Source: Gammaproteobacteria bacterium (lineage in GTDB: Bacteria; Pseudomonadota; Gammaproteobacteria; DRLM01). Taken from it: a DNA stretch of 63,988 nt. Numbering within the stretch: the stretch's first letter is position 1; each line of letters begins with the position of its first letter. The notes beneath the pieces were generated by a model. The model ran no database searches, was not told the origin of the DNA, and worked only from the letters and a program-made list of their open reading frames with translations. The position numbers were made by a program, and so were the translations under genes. The DNA lies in the NCBI GenBank assembly GCA_011375345.1, contig DRLM01000077.1:1-63988 (forward strand), written 5' to 3'. This document shows positions 19,156 through 26,557 of the stretch, piece after piece.

Positions 19156-19754
19156 GCCGCCATGCCATTGCCCTGGCCATGACCGGCGCTTCCGGCGCCG
19201 CCTATGGCCTGCGCCTGCTGGAATGCCTGCTGCAATTGGACCAGCAGGTGTATTTCCTGGTCTCGGCGGCGGCCCGGGTGGTCATCAGCATGGAAACCGA
19301 CCGGAAACTCCCCGCCCGTCCCACCGCCATGGCAGCAAGCTTAAGCAAACACTACGGCGCCCGCCCCGGTCAACTCACCGTCTTCGGCCGCGATCAATGG
19401 ACCGCCCCGCTGGCCAGCGGCTCCAGCGTACCCCGCGCCATGGTCATCTGCCCCTGCACCAGCGGCACCCTGGCCGCGGTCGCCCAGGGCCACAGCAACG
19501 ATTTGCTGGAACGGGCGGCCGACGTGGTGCTGAAAGAAAGGCGCCCGCTCATTCTGGTCCCGCGGGAAGCGCCCTACTCGGTCATTCACCTGGAAAACAT
19601 GCTCAAACTGGCCCGCATGGGTGCCACCGTCCTCCCCGCCTCGCCGGGCTTTTATCACCGCCCCGACAAGGTGGCAGACTTGGTGGACTTCATCGTCGCC
19701 AGGATACTGGACCAGCTGCATCTGGAGCACGAGCTCGTCGCGCGCTGGGGATAA
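19152..19754 (+). CDS. ubiX: Flavin prenyltransferase UbiX
   Basis: [93 protein letters not shown] overlap with the mpl stop. Confidence 0.93.
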   Translation: MSRHAIALAMTGASGAAYGLRLLECLLQLDQQVYFLVSAAARVVISMETDRKLPARPTAMAASLSKHYGARPGQLTVFGRDQWTAPLASGSSVPRAMVICPCTSGTLAAVAQGHSNDLLERAADVVLKERRPLILVPREAPYSVIHLENMLKLARMGATVLPASPGFYHRPDKVADLVDFIVARILDQLHLEHELVARWG

Positions 19755-19756
19755 GC

Positions 19757-20350
19757 ATGTCCACCACCACGCTCCCCCTGTTTCCGCTGCACTGCGTGTT
19801 GTTTCCGGGGGGACGCCTGGACTTACGCCTGTTCGAACCACGTTATCTCGACATGCTCAGCCGTTGCATGCGTGAGGGCAGCGGCTTCGGCGTGTGCCTC
19901 ATCAAAGAAGGCCGGGAAGCCGGTGCCCCGGCCCTGCCGTACGACGTGGGCACCGTAGTGGAGATATCAGACTGGCAAGCGGGAGAAGACGGTGTGCTCG
20001 CCATCACCGTGCTGGGCCACCGCCGCTTCCGCATCCTGTCCCGGCAGGTGGAACGCGACCGGCTTCTGCGCGCCGAGGTGGCGCTGCTGGAGGAAACCCC
20101 CGCCGCGCCCGTGCCGCCACCGCTGCTGACGGCACTGCGCGACCTGTGGGAAAACGCTTTCCCCGCCGGCGACACCACAGACAGCGACTGGCCCGCCCAC
20201 GACGCCACACTGCTGCTGGCCCGGCTGGCGGACTGGACCCCCCTGGACGCCGCCCAGAAACAATACCTGCTGCAACTGAACGATCCCATGGTGCGGCTGG
20301 AGCGGCTGGTGGGCATGTGGCGGGCGCGGCAGGATGACGGCGGTGTTTGA
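19757..20350 (+). CDS. LON peptidase N-terminal (substrate-binding) domain-only protein
   Basis: LPLFPLHCVLFPGGRLDLRLFEPRYLDMLSRCM is the typical start of the Lon N-domain (LON/PUA). There is no ATPase or protease domain. It starts 3 nt after the ubiX stop. Confidence 0.8.
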   Translation: MSTTTLPLFPLHCVLFPGGRLDLRLFEPRYLDMLSRCMREGSGFGVCLIKEGREAGAPALPYDVGTVVEISDWQAGEDGVLAITVLGHRRFRILSRQVERDRLLRAEVALLEETPAAPVPPPLLTALRDLWENAFPAGDTTDSDWPAHDATLLLARLADWTPLDAAQKQYLLQLNDPMVRLERLVGMWRARQDDGGV

Positions 20351-20470
20351 AAAGAGCAGGCAGACCAGCGCCTCCTCTGGAAAACAATATCGATACCGCT
20401 CACCAAAACCCCGTCTCCCCCGCCGCCCACTGAAAGCTGCAAGCTGAACCCGGCGCGGAGGCAACATCGG

Positions 20471-20833
20471 CTACGCCCCGCCCGACCACAAGGACCACAA
20501 CATCCACAGCCCCACCCATAAGGCCCCCACGCTCAGCACCAGCACGGCACCCGCAGCACAGTCCTTGACCAGTTTGATCTGCGGATGGCGCTCCGGGTGC
20601 AGGTGATCAGCGAGGCCCTCCAGAGCGGTGTTGATGAGTTCGGCAGCCAGCACCAGGGCCACCATCACCCCCGCCAGGGCCCACCACAGGGGCGGCGGTT
20701 GCAACAGCGCCAGAAGCGCCAACAAGGCTGCCGCCACCGCCGCCTGGGTGCGGAAGCTGCGCTCGGTGCGAAAGGCCGCCCTCAATCCTTCCAGAGCGAA
20801 GCCCAGCCGGCTGATGAAGGGTTTGTTTTTCAC
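20471..20833 (-). CDS. dgkA: Diacylglycerol kinase / polyprenol kinase family protein (DgkA)
   Basis: FALEGLRAAFRTERSFRTQ...AAELINTALEGLADHLHPERHPQIKLVKDCAAGAVL is the DgkA signature. A GTG start at 20833 overlaps the stop of the upstream gene (GTGA) and gives the typical ~120 aa. Confidence 0.85.
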   Translation of the reverse strand: MKNKPFISRLGFALEGLRAAFRTERSFRTQAAVAAALLALLALLQPPPLWWALAGVMVALVLAAELINTALEGLADHLHPERHPQIKLVKDCAAGAVLVLSVGALWVGLWMLWSLWSGGA

Positions 20834-22803
20834 GGCGGAAATACTAGCAGGGTGCGGCGGCCACCGGGACCGTCCACCCACCGCCGCTGCCAGTCTGCCA
20901 GCTCCCGCGCCAGGCGGCTCAAGGGGGTGGTGAAGTCCTCGCCCGTCACAGGCACGGTGAGCCAGGGCAGGGGCCGGTAGGCCTGCAAGGTGGACACATT
21001 ACCCACCCACAGGGGGCGCCCGGCCCCGTCCACACGCACCGCAGTGGGCCACAAGCGCAGCGCCGCTTCCCGGTCCGTCCCGGGCAGGGGCCGGATCAGC
21101 AGCAAAGCCTCGTGGCGGCCGTCGTGCACCTGGGGCAGCACAGGCAAATCTTCCAGGGGCGGATCCGGCTGCAGCCAGCGCACGGCATTGACGGGCGTCA
21201 GAGCAACAGGTTCCCGCCAGCCCCGGGCCAGCAGTGCGGCACGAATGGCGCTCAAATCACCGGCCCACTGCAGGGTCAGGGGCTGTTCGAATTCACCTTC
21301 CAGGTCGCGCCGGTGGCTGGGCAGGCGTTGCCAGGCGCCCGCCTGCCAGGCCGCGCTGCCGAGGCGGATTTCCCGGACCGGATGCTGATAGCGGCTGCCG
21401 CCCCCCTCAAGATAGTCGCTGCCATAAACCCCGGCGGCCACCACCAGGCTGAGCGCCACCACTCCCCCCAGGGGCGCTGGTGCCAGGGGGCGGTCACTGT
21501 GGCGCCGATAGGCCGCCCCCAGCAGCACCACCCAGGCCACCCCCAGCACCATGCCGGCCAGGGCCTGGGAAAACCACAGGCCACCCAGATAGAGCTGGGC
21601 CACGGCCACGGCCACCACCGCCGCACCGGCGCCGGCATAAACCAACCAGCGCAAACTGCTGCGGATGCCGGGGGCCATCATCACCGCCAAAAATCCCAGC
21701 ACCCCGCAGACCAGCACCAGCGGGCTGCTGTCCCACCAGGGCACCTCCGGACCCAGGGGCGAAGGGGCCCGGCCCTGCAGGGCAAAAGCCAGCACCAGGG
21801 CAAAGCCACCGGCGGCCAGCCAGTGCAAGGCTGGCAATATGCGCCGGCGCCACAGCAGCCACAGCAGCCCCCCCCCTTGCACCACCCCCAGCACCAATGG
21901 CTCACCCAGGGCGCTGATGGCCAGCATGATGCGGTCAGCCCAGGGGGTGCGCAGGCCCTGCAACAGGTTGAACACACTGGTGTCCGTGGCGCTGGGCGGC
22001 GCCTTGTCCAACAACCCCCCCAGGGACATGACGGTCCAGGCGGTCACCACCAAAAACGCCCCCGCCGCCGCCAGGCCCGGCGCTTCGGGGCAGCGCGGAT
22101 CCAAGGCGGCAGTGACGAAGCCTCCCAGGTAGGGATGCCGCCGGCCCCAGCTCAGCAGGCGCTCCATCAATGCCGCGGCATGGGGCTGCAACAGGGAAAA
22201 CAGGCGCCGCGCCAGCCACACGGTGAGCCACAGGACGATCACGATGACCAACAAAAACAGCGCCAGGCGCATGCCCACTTGGGCCGCCAGGCCCAGGGAG
22301 GCACCGAACAATACCCCCGGCAGGATGTAGGAGGGCGCCCACAGGATGGCGGAGACAACGTTGACGAACAAAAAGCGTCCCGGGGGCATGCCCATCATGC
22401 CGGCCACGGCGGGAATCACCGCCCGCACCGGCCCGACGAAGCGGCCGAACAACACGCTCTTGCCCCCATGGCGCTGAAAAAAGGCTTCGCTGCGCGCTAT
22501 CATGCTGGGGTGATGCTTGAACGGCCAGACGCGTTTCAGGCGCTCCTTGAAATAACGGCCGATCCAGAAGCTGACACTGTCGCCGGCCACGGCGCCGGCC
22601 ATGGCCCACAGCAAGGTCTCCACCATCGGCAGCTTGCCGGCCCCCACCAGGGCGCCGGCACCGAACATCATCAGGGCGCCGGGAACCAACACGCCGAGAA
22701 TCAACATGGACTCCGCCATGGCGATGAGCAACACCGCCACCCCCGCCCAGGTGGGGTGGGCGGCAATCCAGTCCAGCAAGGGTTGCAGGGTGTTTAGGTC
22801 CAT
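20830..22803 (-). CDS. Fusion protein: DedA/VTT (SNARE-associated) domain, PAP2-like membrane domain and a C-terminal soluble domain
   Basis: Residues ~1-200 carry DedA motifs (GDSVSFWIGRYFG-like, GKSVLFGRFVGPVRAVIPAVAGM). Residues ~270-435 have PAP2 topology, but the catalytic motifs appear substituted (see finding). The C-terminal ~200 aa (LTLQWAGDLSAIRAALLARGW...) recall the LssY_C-type domain. Confidence 0.8.
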   Translation of the reverse strand: MDLNTLQPLLDWIAAHPTWAGVAVLLIAMAESMLILGVLVPGALMMFGAGALVGAGKLPMVETLLWAMAGAVAGDSVSFWIGRYFKERLKRVWPFKHHPSMIARSEAFFQRHGGKSVLFGRFVGPVRAVIPAVAGMMGMPPGRFLFVNVVSAILWAPSYILPGVLFGASLGLAAQVGMRLALFLLVIVIVLWLTVWLARRLFSLLQPHAAALMERLLSWGRRHPYLGGFVTAALDPRCPEAPGLAAAGAFLVVTAWTVMSLGGLLDKAPPSATDTSVFNLLQGLRTPWADRIMLAISALGEPLVLGVVQGGGLLWLLWRRRILPALHWLAAGGFALVLAFALQGRAPSPLGPEVPWWDSSPLVLVCGVLGFLAVMMAPGIRSSLRWLVYAGAGAAVVAVAVAQLYLGGLWFSQALAGMVLGVAWVVLLGAAYRRHSDRPLAPAPLGGVVALSLVVAAGVYGSDYLEGGGSRYQHPVREIRLGSAAWQAGAWQRLPSHRRDLEGEFEQPLTLQWAGDLSAIRAALLARGWREPVALTPVNAVRWLQPDPPLEDLPVLPQVHDGRHEALLLIRPLPGTDREAALRLWPTAVRVDGAGRPLWVGNVSTLQAYRPLPWLTVPVTGEDFTTPLSRLARELADWQRRWVDGPGGRRTLLVFPP

Positions 22804-22821
22804 GTCCGGCCGGTTCAGTCC

Positions 22822-24366
22822 TCAGGGCACGGCACTGACGCGGGCCAACACGATGCCGTGTTTCTGATACAGCACCTCCACCTCACCCAGATCGGCCAGA
22901 TAAAGGGCTTTGGTCAGCACCACCTCGCCCGCGCGGGGCGCCCGCCGGGCCACCAGGCGCTCACTGTAGACACTGAAACTGGGGGTGTTCAAGCGCCACA
23001 TCACCACCCGCTCAGCACGGGCCCTGGCCAGCAGTGCCGCTTCCTTGATGGGCGCTTGCTGCACGGCGGCCACCACCGGGATCACATACTGGGCCAGGCC
23101 GAACACAGTGGCCAGACCCGCCGCTGCCAGGGCTTGGCGGGGCGCAATGGGCCGCCACAGCATCAGTCCTGCCATGGCCAGGGCGGCCAGGGCAAAATAG
23201 ACGCGGTACGCCGCGCTGAACTCGGCCGCAGCCTCCGCCAGCATGCTGCGGGCGAAAGCATCCCTGACATAGGGCAGCGCCGCAGTGAGCAGCTCCGGCA
23301 GAACCAGCAACAACACAAACAGCAACAAAGGCGGCAGCAGCAGCCAGCCCCGACGGGGCCAGGGCTCCCCCCACAGCGCCATCAACACGAACAGGGCGGT
23401 ATAACCGTAGACAATGTAGTGGGGCAGCTTGGTGCCGGAGAGCGAAAACAACACCAGCACGAAAACAAACCAGATGGCCAGATAACGCCCCAGGGGATCA
23501 CGGAGGATGGCCCGGCCCCGCGCCAGGGTCACCAGCAGCACCGTGGTGTAGGGCAGCACGCCGATGAGGATCACCGGCAGGTAGTAAAACAGGCTGCCGC
23601 TGTGACCCTCCATGGGATCCTGAAAGCGACTGAGATTGTGCTTAAAAAAGAAGCCCTGAATGAAGGCCTCCCCCTCCTTGGCATACTGGACCACATACCA
23701 GGGCAGGGCGATGAGGGCGAACAGCACCAGGCCCCGGGGATGCAGCACCGCCCGCCACCAGTCGCCCAGGCGGCGCTCACTCAGATAAAACAAAAACGTC
23801 GTGGCCAGGGGGATCACCACGGCCACCGGCCCCTTGGTGAGAAAACCCAGGGCCATGGCTGCGTAAGTGGCGTAGAGGTAAGCCGGCCGGCCCAGGCGGA
23901 AATACAAAAAAGCGCTGAGCATGGCGCTGGTGATGAACAGATTCAGCAGGGCATCGGCGGTGGCGGCTTTGGCCATCACCGAAATCTCCAGGGAGGCGGC
24001 CATGGTGAAAGCGGCCCACAGGGCGCTTCGCTCGTCCCGCAGGCGTCGCACGGCGGCATACACCACCCCCAGCCACAGGGTCGCCGCCACGGCGGAAGGC
24101 AGGCGCAGGGCGAACTCGTTCCACCCCAGCAGACTCACGCCGGCCGCCTGCAACCAGTGGATAAAGGCCGGCTTGTCGAAGCGGGGGACGCCATTCAAAT
24201 AGGGGGAGATCAAATCCCCCCGCAGCAACATCTCCCGTGTGGCCTCGCTGAAGGCCCCTTCGTCCAGATCGAACAGGGGCACGGCGCCCAGATGGTAGTA
24301 ACAGCCCAGCACAATGGCCAGGGCCAGCAGGCCGCGCAGGGCATAAGGGGGTCGGGTCATGGACAT
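22822..24366 (-). CDS. Glycosyltransferase family 39 (ArnT / PMT_2-like, polyprenyl-phosphate-sugar dependent)
   Basis: N-terminal PLFDLDEGAFSEATREMLLRGDLISPYLNGVPRFDKPAFIHWLQA and about 11-13 TM segments, typical of ArnT-like GT39/GT83 enzymes. Confidence 0.85.
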   Translation of the reverse strand: MSMTRPPYALRGLLALAIVLGCYYHLGAVPLFDLDEGAFSEATREMLLRGDLISPYLNGVPRFDKPAFIHWLQAAGVSLLGWNEFALRLPSAVAATLWLGVVYAAVRRLRDERSALWAAFTMAASLEISVMAKAATADALLNLFITSAMLSAFLYFRLGRPAYLYATYAAMALGFLTKGPVAVVIPLATTFLFYLSERRLGDWWRAVLHPRGLVLFALIALPWYVVQYAKEGEAFIQGFFFKHNLSRFQDPMEGHSGSLFYYLPVILIGVLPYTTVLLVTLARGRAILRDPLGRYLAIWFVFVLVLFSLSGTKLPHYIVYGYTALFVLMALWGEPWPRRGWLLLPPLLLFVLLLVLPELLTAALPYVRDAFARSMLAEAAAEFSAAYRVYFALAALAMAGLMLWRPIAPRQALAAAGLATVFGLAQYVIPVVAAVQQAPIKEAALLARARAERVVMWRLNTPSFSVYSERLVARRAPRAGEVVLTKALYLADLGEVEVLYQKHGIVLARVSAVP

Positions 24367-24483
24367 CTCGGTTGGGGCCGCGCCGGGCAGGGGCGGATTA
24401 TATCGGATTCCCGCAGCCGCCTCCCGCCGGACGCTGTGCTATGCTGAGAAAGTCTCGAAACGTCCCCCGGCTCACCCCCTGCC

Positions 24484-25614
24484 ATGGCCAAAGACCTCTA
24501 CGCTGAAAACAAAATGCTGCGCCGGCGCCTGGACGATTACATCGCCCAGGCCCACCGCAACGAGGCCAAGCTGCGGCGCTTTCAAACCCACGAGCTGCGC
24601 CTGATCAGCCTCAACTCCCTGTTCGAGCTGATCCAGAACGTGCTCTACCCGGATCCGGCCGTGTTCCACTGGGATCTCGTCACCCTGCTGCTGCTGGACC
24701 CGGAATACGAAATCCGCCGCATTCTGGAAGAGGAAGGGGTGAATCTGGCGGACCATCCCGCCTTGAGCTTCGCCGCCCACCCCAACGATCTGGATGTGAT
24801 GTTTCCCGTCTCCCTGTTCGCCTATCTGGGCCCCTACCAGCCCCAGCACCACGCCGCCCTGTTCGGCGCCACCCGCCGCGCCCCCAAGAGTGTGGCCCTG
24901 CTGCCCCTGGTGCGCCGTGGCAAGCTGATCGGCAGCCTGAACATCGGCAGTTACAACGCCGAACGCTTTGTCAAGGGGGTGCGCACGGATTTTCTCGAAC
25001 ACCTGGCAGCGGTGGTGGCCATTTGCGTGGAGAACGCCACCAACCTGGAACGCCTCAAGCGCCAGGGGCTGACCGACACCCTCACCGCCATCAACAACCG
25101 GCGCTTTTTCGACCAGCGCCTCACCGAGGAACTGGACCGCGCCGCCCGCGACGGCCTGCCGCTGAGCTGCCTACTGCTGGACGTGGATCATTTCAAGAAG
25201 GTCAACGACAACTACGGCCACCAGACCGGCGACCAGGTGCTGCGGGAAGTGGCGGCCCTGATCCGGGCCCAGCTCCGGGGCAGTGACGTGCTGTCCCGCT
25301 ACGGCGGGGAGGAATTCGCCGCTCTGCTGGCGCGGCTGCGGGCCGCCGAGGCGGCGGAGGTGGCCGAACGCATCCGCGACAATGTAGCCTGCCACCGTTT
25401 TGCCACCCAGGACGGCCTTCCCTTCCAGGTGACCCTGTCCATTGGCGTGGCGGCCTATTGTCCGCGGCAGCCCATGGATCTGGACGCCCAACCCCGCGGC
25501 GAAGTGCTGGTGGGACACGCGGACCGGGCGCTGTACGAAGCCAAATCGGCCGGACGCAACCGGGTGATCATCGCCAGGGAGGCGGTAAGTGCCGCGGCAG
25601 AGGAGTGGTATTGA
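24484..25614 (+). CDS. Diguanylate cyclase (DUF484/GAF-like N-terminal domain + GGDEF)
   Basis: N-terminal YAENKMLRRRLDDYIAQAHRNEAKLRRFQ (DUF484-like coiled coil). GGDEF domain with DxLTxxxNRR, an RxxD I-site-like RAARD, and active-site GGEEF. Confidence 0.85.
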   Translation: MAKDLYAENKMLRRRLDDYIAQAHRNEAKLRRFQTHELRLISLNSLFELIQNVLYPDPAVFHWDLVTLLLLDPEYEIRRILEEEGVNLADHPALSFAAHPNDLDVMFPVSLFAYLGPYQPQHHAALFGATRRAPKSVALLPLVRRGKLIGSLNIGSYNAERFVKGVRTDFLEHLAAVVAICVENATNLERLKRQGLTDTLTAINNRRFFDQRLTEELDRAARDGLPLSCLLLDVDHFKKVNDNYGHQTGDQVLREVAALIRAQLRGSDVLSRYGGEEFAALLARLRAAEAAEVAERIRDNVACHRFATQDGLPFQVTLSIGVAAYCPRQPMDLDAQPRGEVLVGHADRALYEAKSAGRNRVIIAREAVSAAAEEWY

Positions 25615-25643
25615 CCGCGCGGGCTCAGCAGGGCCTGAACCCG

Positions 25644-26006
25644 CTATTCGAACGCGTCCAGATATTTTCTCAAGGCCATGAACATCAATACATTGGTATC
25701 GGCGTCCAAGGGATTGAATTGCAGCCCCAGGCGGTAGCTGGGGACACCGTCTTCCGCAGTGTCATCCGGGCTGTGCCAGACCACGGTGGCGGAGACCATT
25801 ACATGCATGTCGTCCGCCTCATAAGACACCTTGACCGGCGTGCCCGCCTCCAGGGGCGCGGCGAAATACAGCCCCATGCCCGAGACGGACACATCGTTGA
25901 TACGCATCAAGGGATGCCACTCGCCTGCAACGTTCAGCTTGAACCGGCCTTCTATTTCTTCCGTCCGCAGCGTGTGCCGGTCGTGACGGCGTTGGTTTTC
26001 AACCAT
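25644..26006 (-). CDS. Single-domain PilZ protein (paralog 1)
   Basis: RRHDR (RxxxR) and NDVSVSGMG (D/NxSxxG) c-di-GMP binding motifs. AAGGGA Shine-Dalgarno sequence upstream. Confidence 0.8.
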   Translation of the reverse strand: MVENQRRHDRHTLRTEEIEGRFKLNVAGEWHPLMRINDVSVSGMGLYFAAPLEAGTPVKVSYEADDMHVMVSATVVWHSPDDTAEDGVPSYRLGLQFNPLDADTNVLMFMALRKYLDAFE

Positions 26007-26121
26007 AGCGTTCCCTTCTCGTCAAAGTGCTACAGCCGGAGATATCGGCCCCGGGTGGACATTTCTGTAGGGCGGGACACGCCCGCCAAGCGGCGGGCTC
26101 CCAAAACAGGCGCAAAGCCGG

Positions 26122-26469
26122 CTAGCCGTAGGACCGTAGCGCCAAAAACAGCAAGGAACTGTTGCGAACATCCCGGGGATTGAAGCGCAAGCCGACGCGA
26201 TACGCGCTGTCGCCACAGCGGCTGTCTTCGGACCGGCACCACATGACCAGCCCCTGGACGCGGACGTGATGTTCACCCAGGTGGCAATCCAGCACCATCG
26301 CCGTGCCCACCGCCAGAAAGACAGGCAAACGGACACCGGCGCCGTGAACTGTCACATTGGAAATGTCGTCACACGGCCACTGCCCGGTGGGGGTTTCGAT
26401 GTAAAAACAGGTGTCGTCGTGCTCGACGGTGAGATGCTTGCGTTCGTGTTCGCGGCCTTCCCTCAGCAT
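26122..26469 (-). CDS. Single-domain PilZ protein (paralog 2)
   Basis: REHER and SNVTVHGAG motifs. The C-terminal YRVGLRFNPRD....LLFLALRSYG aligns with paralog 1 (YRLGLQFNPLD....LMFMALRKY). AAGGAAG lies upstream of ATG 26469. The rest of track ORF 26122..26844 overlaps the EAL gene out of frame. Confidence 0.75.
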   Translation of the reverse strand: MLREGREHERKHLTVEHDDTCFYIETPTGQWPCDDISNVTVHGAGVRLPVFLAVGTAMVLDCHLGEHHVRVQGLVMWCRSEDSRCGDSAYRVGLRFNPRDVRNSSLLFLALRSYG

Positions 26470-26557
26470 AGTGCTTCCTTTTCTTGTTGTTATGGTCCAT
26501 GGCCGAGATTGGGTGAAGCCATTATAGCCGTATTTTGCCACTGTGGCAGAAGCGGTT

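Noticed and set aside
21112-24447. Two long plus-strand ORFs (21112..22797 at 561 aa, and 22858..24447 at 529 aa).
   Set aside because: They are antisense to the DedA/PAP2-like gene and the GT39 gene, both of which have clear membrane-protein signatures. The products are extremely rich in Q, G, H, P and R. They are shadow ORFs.
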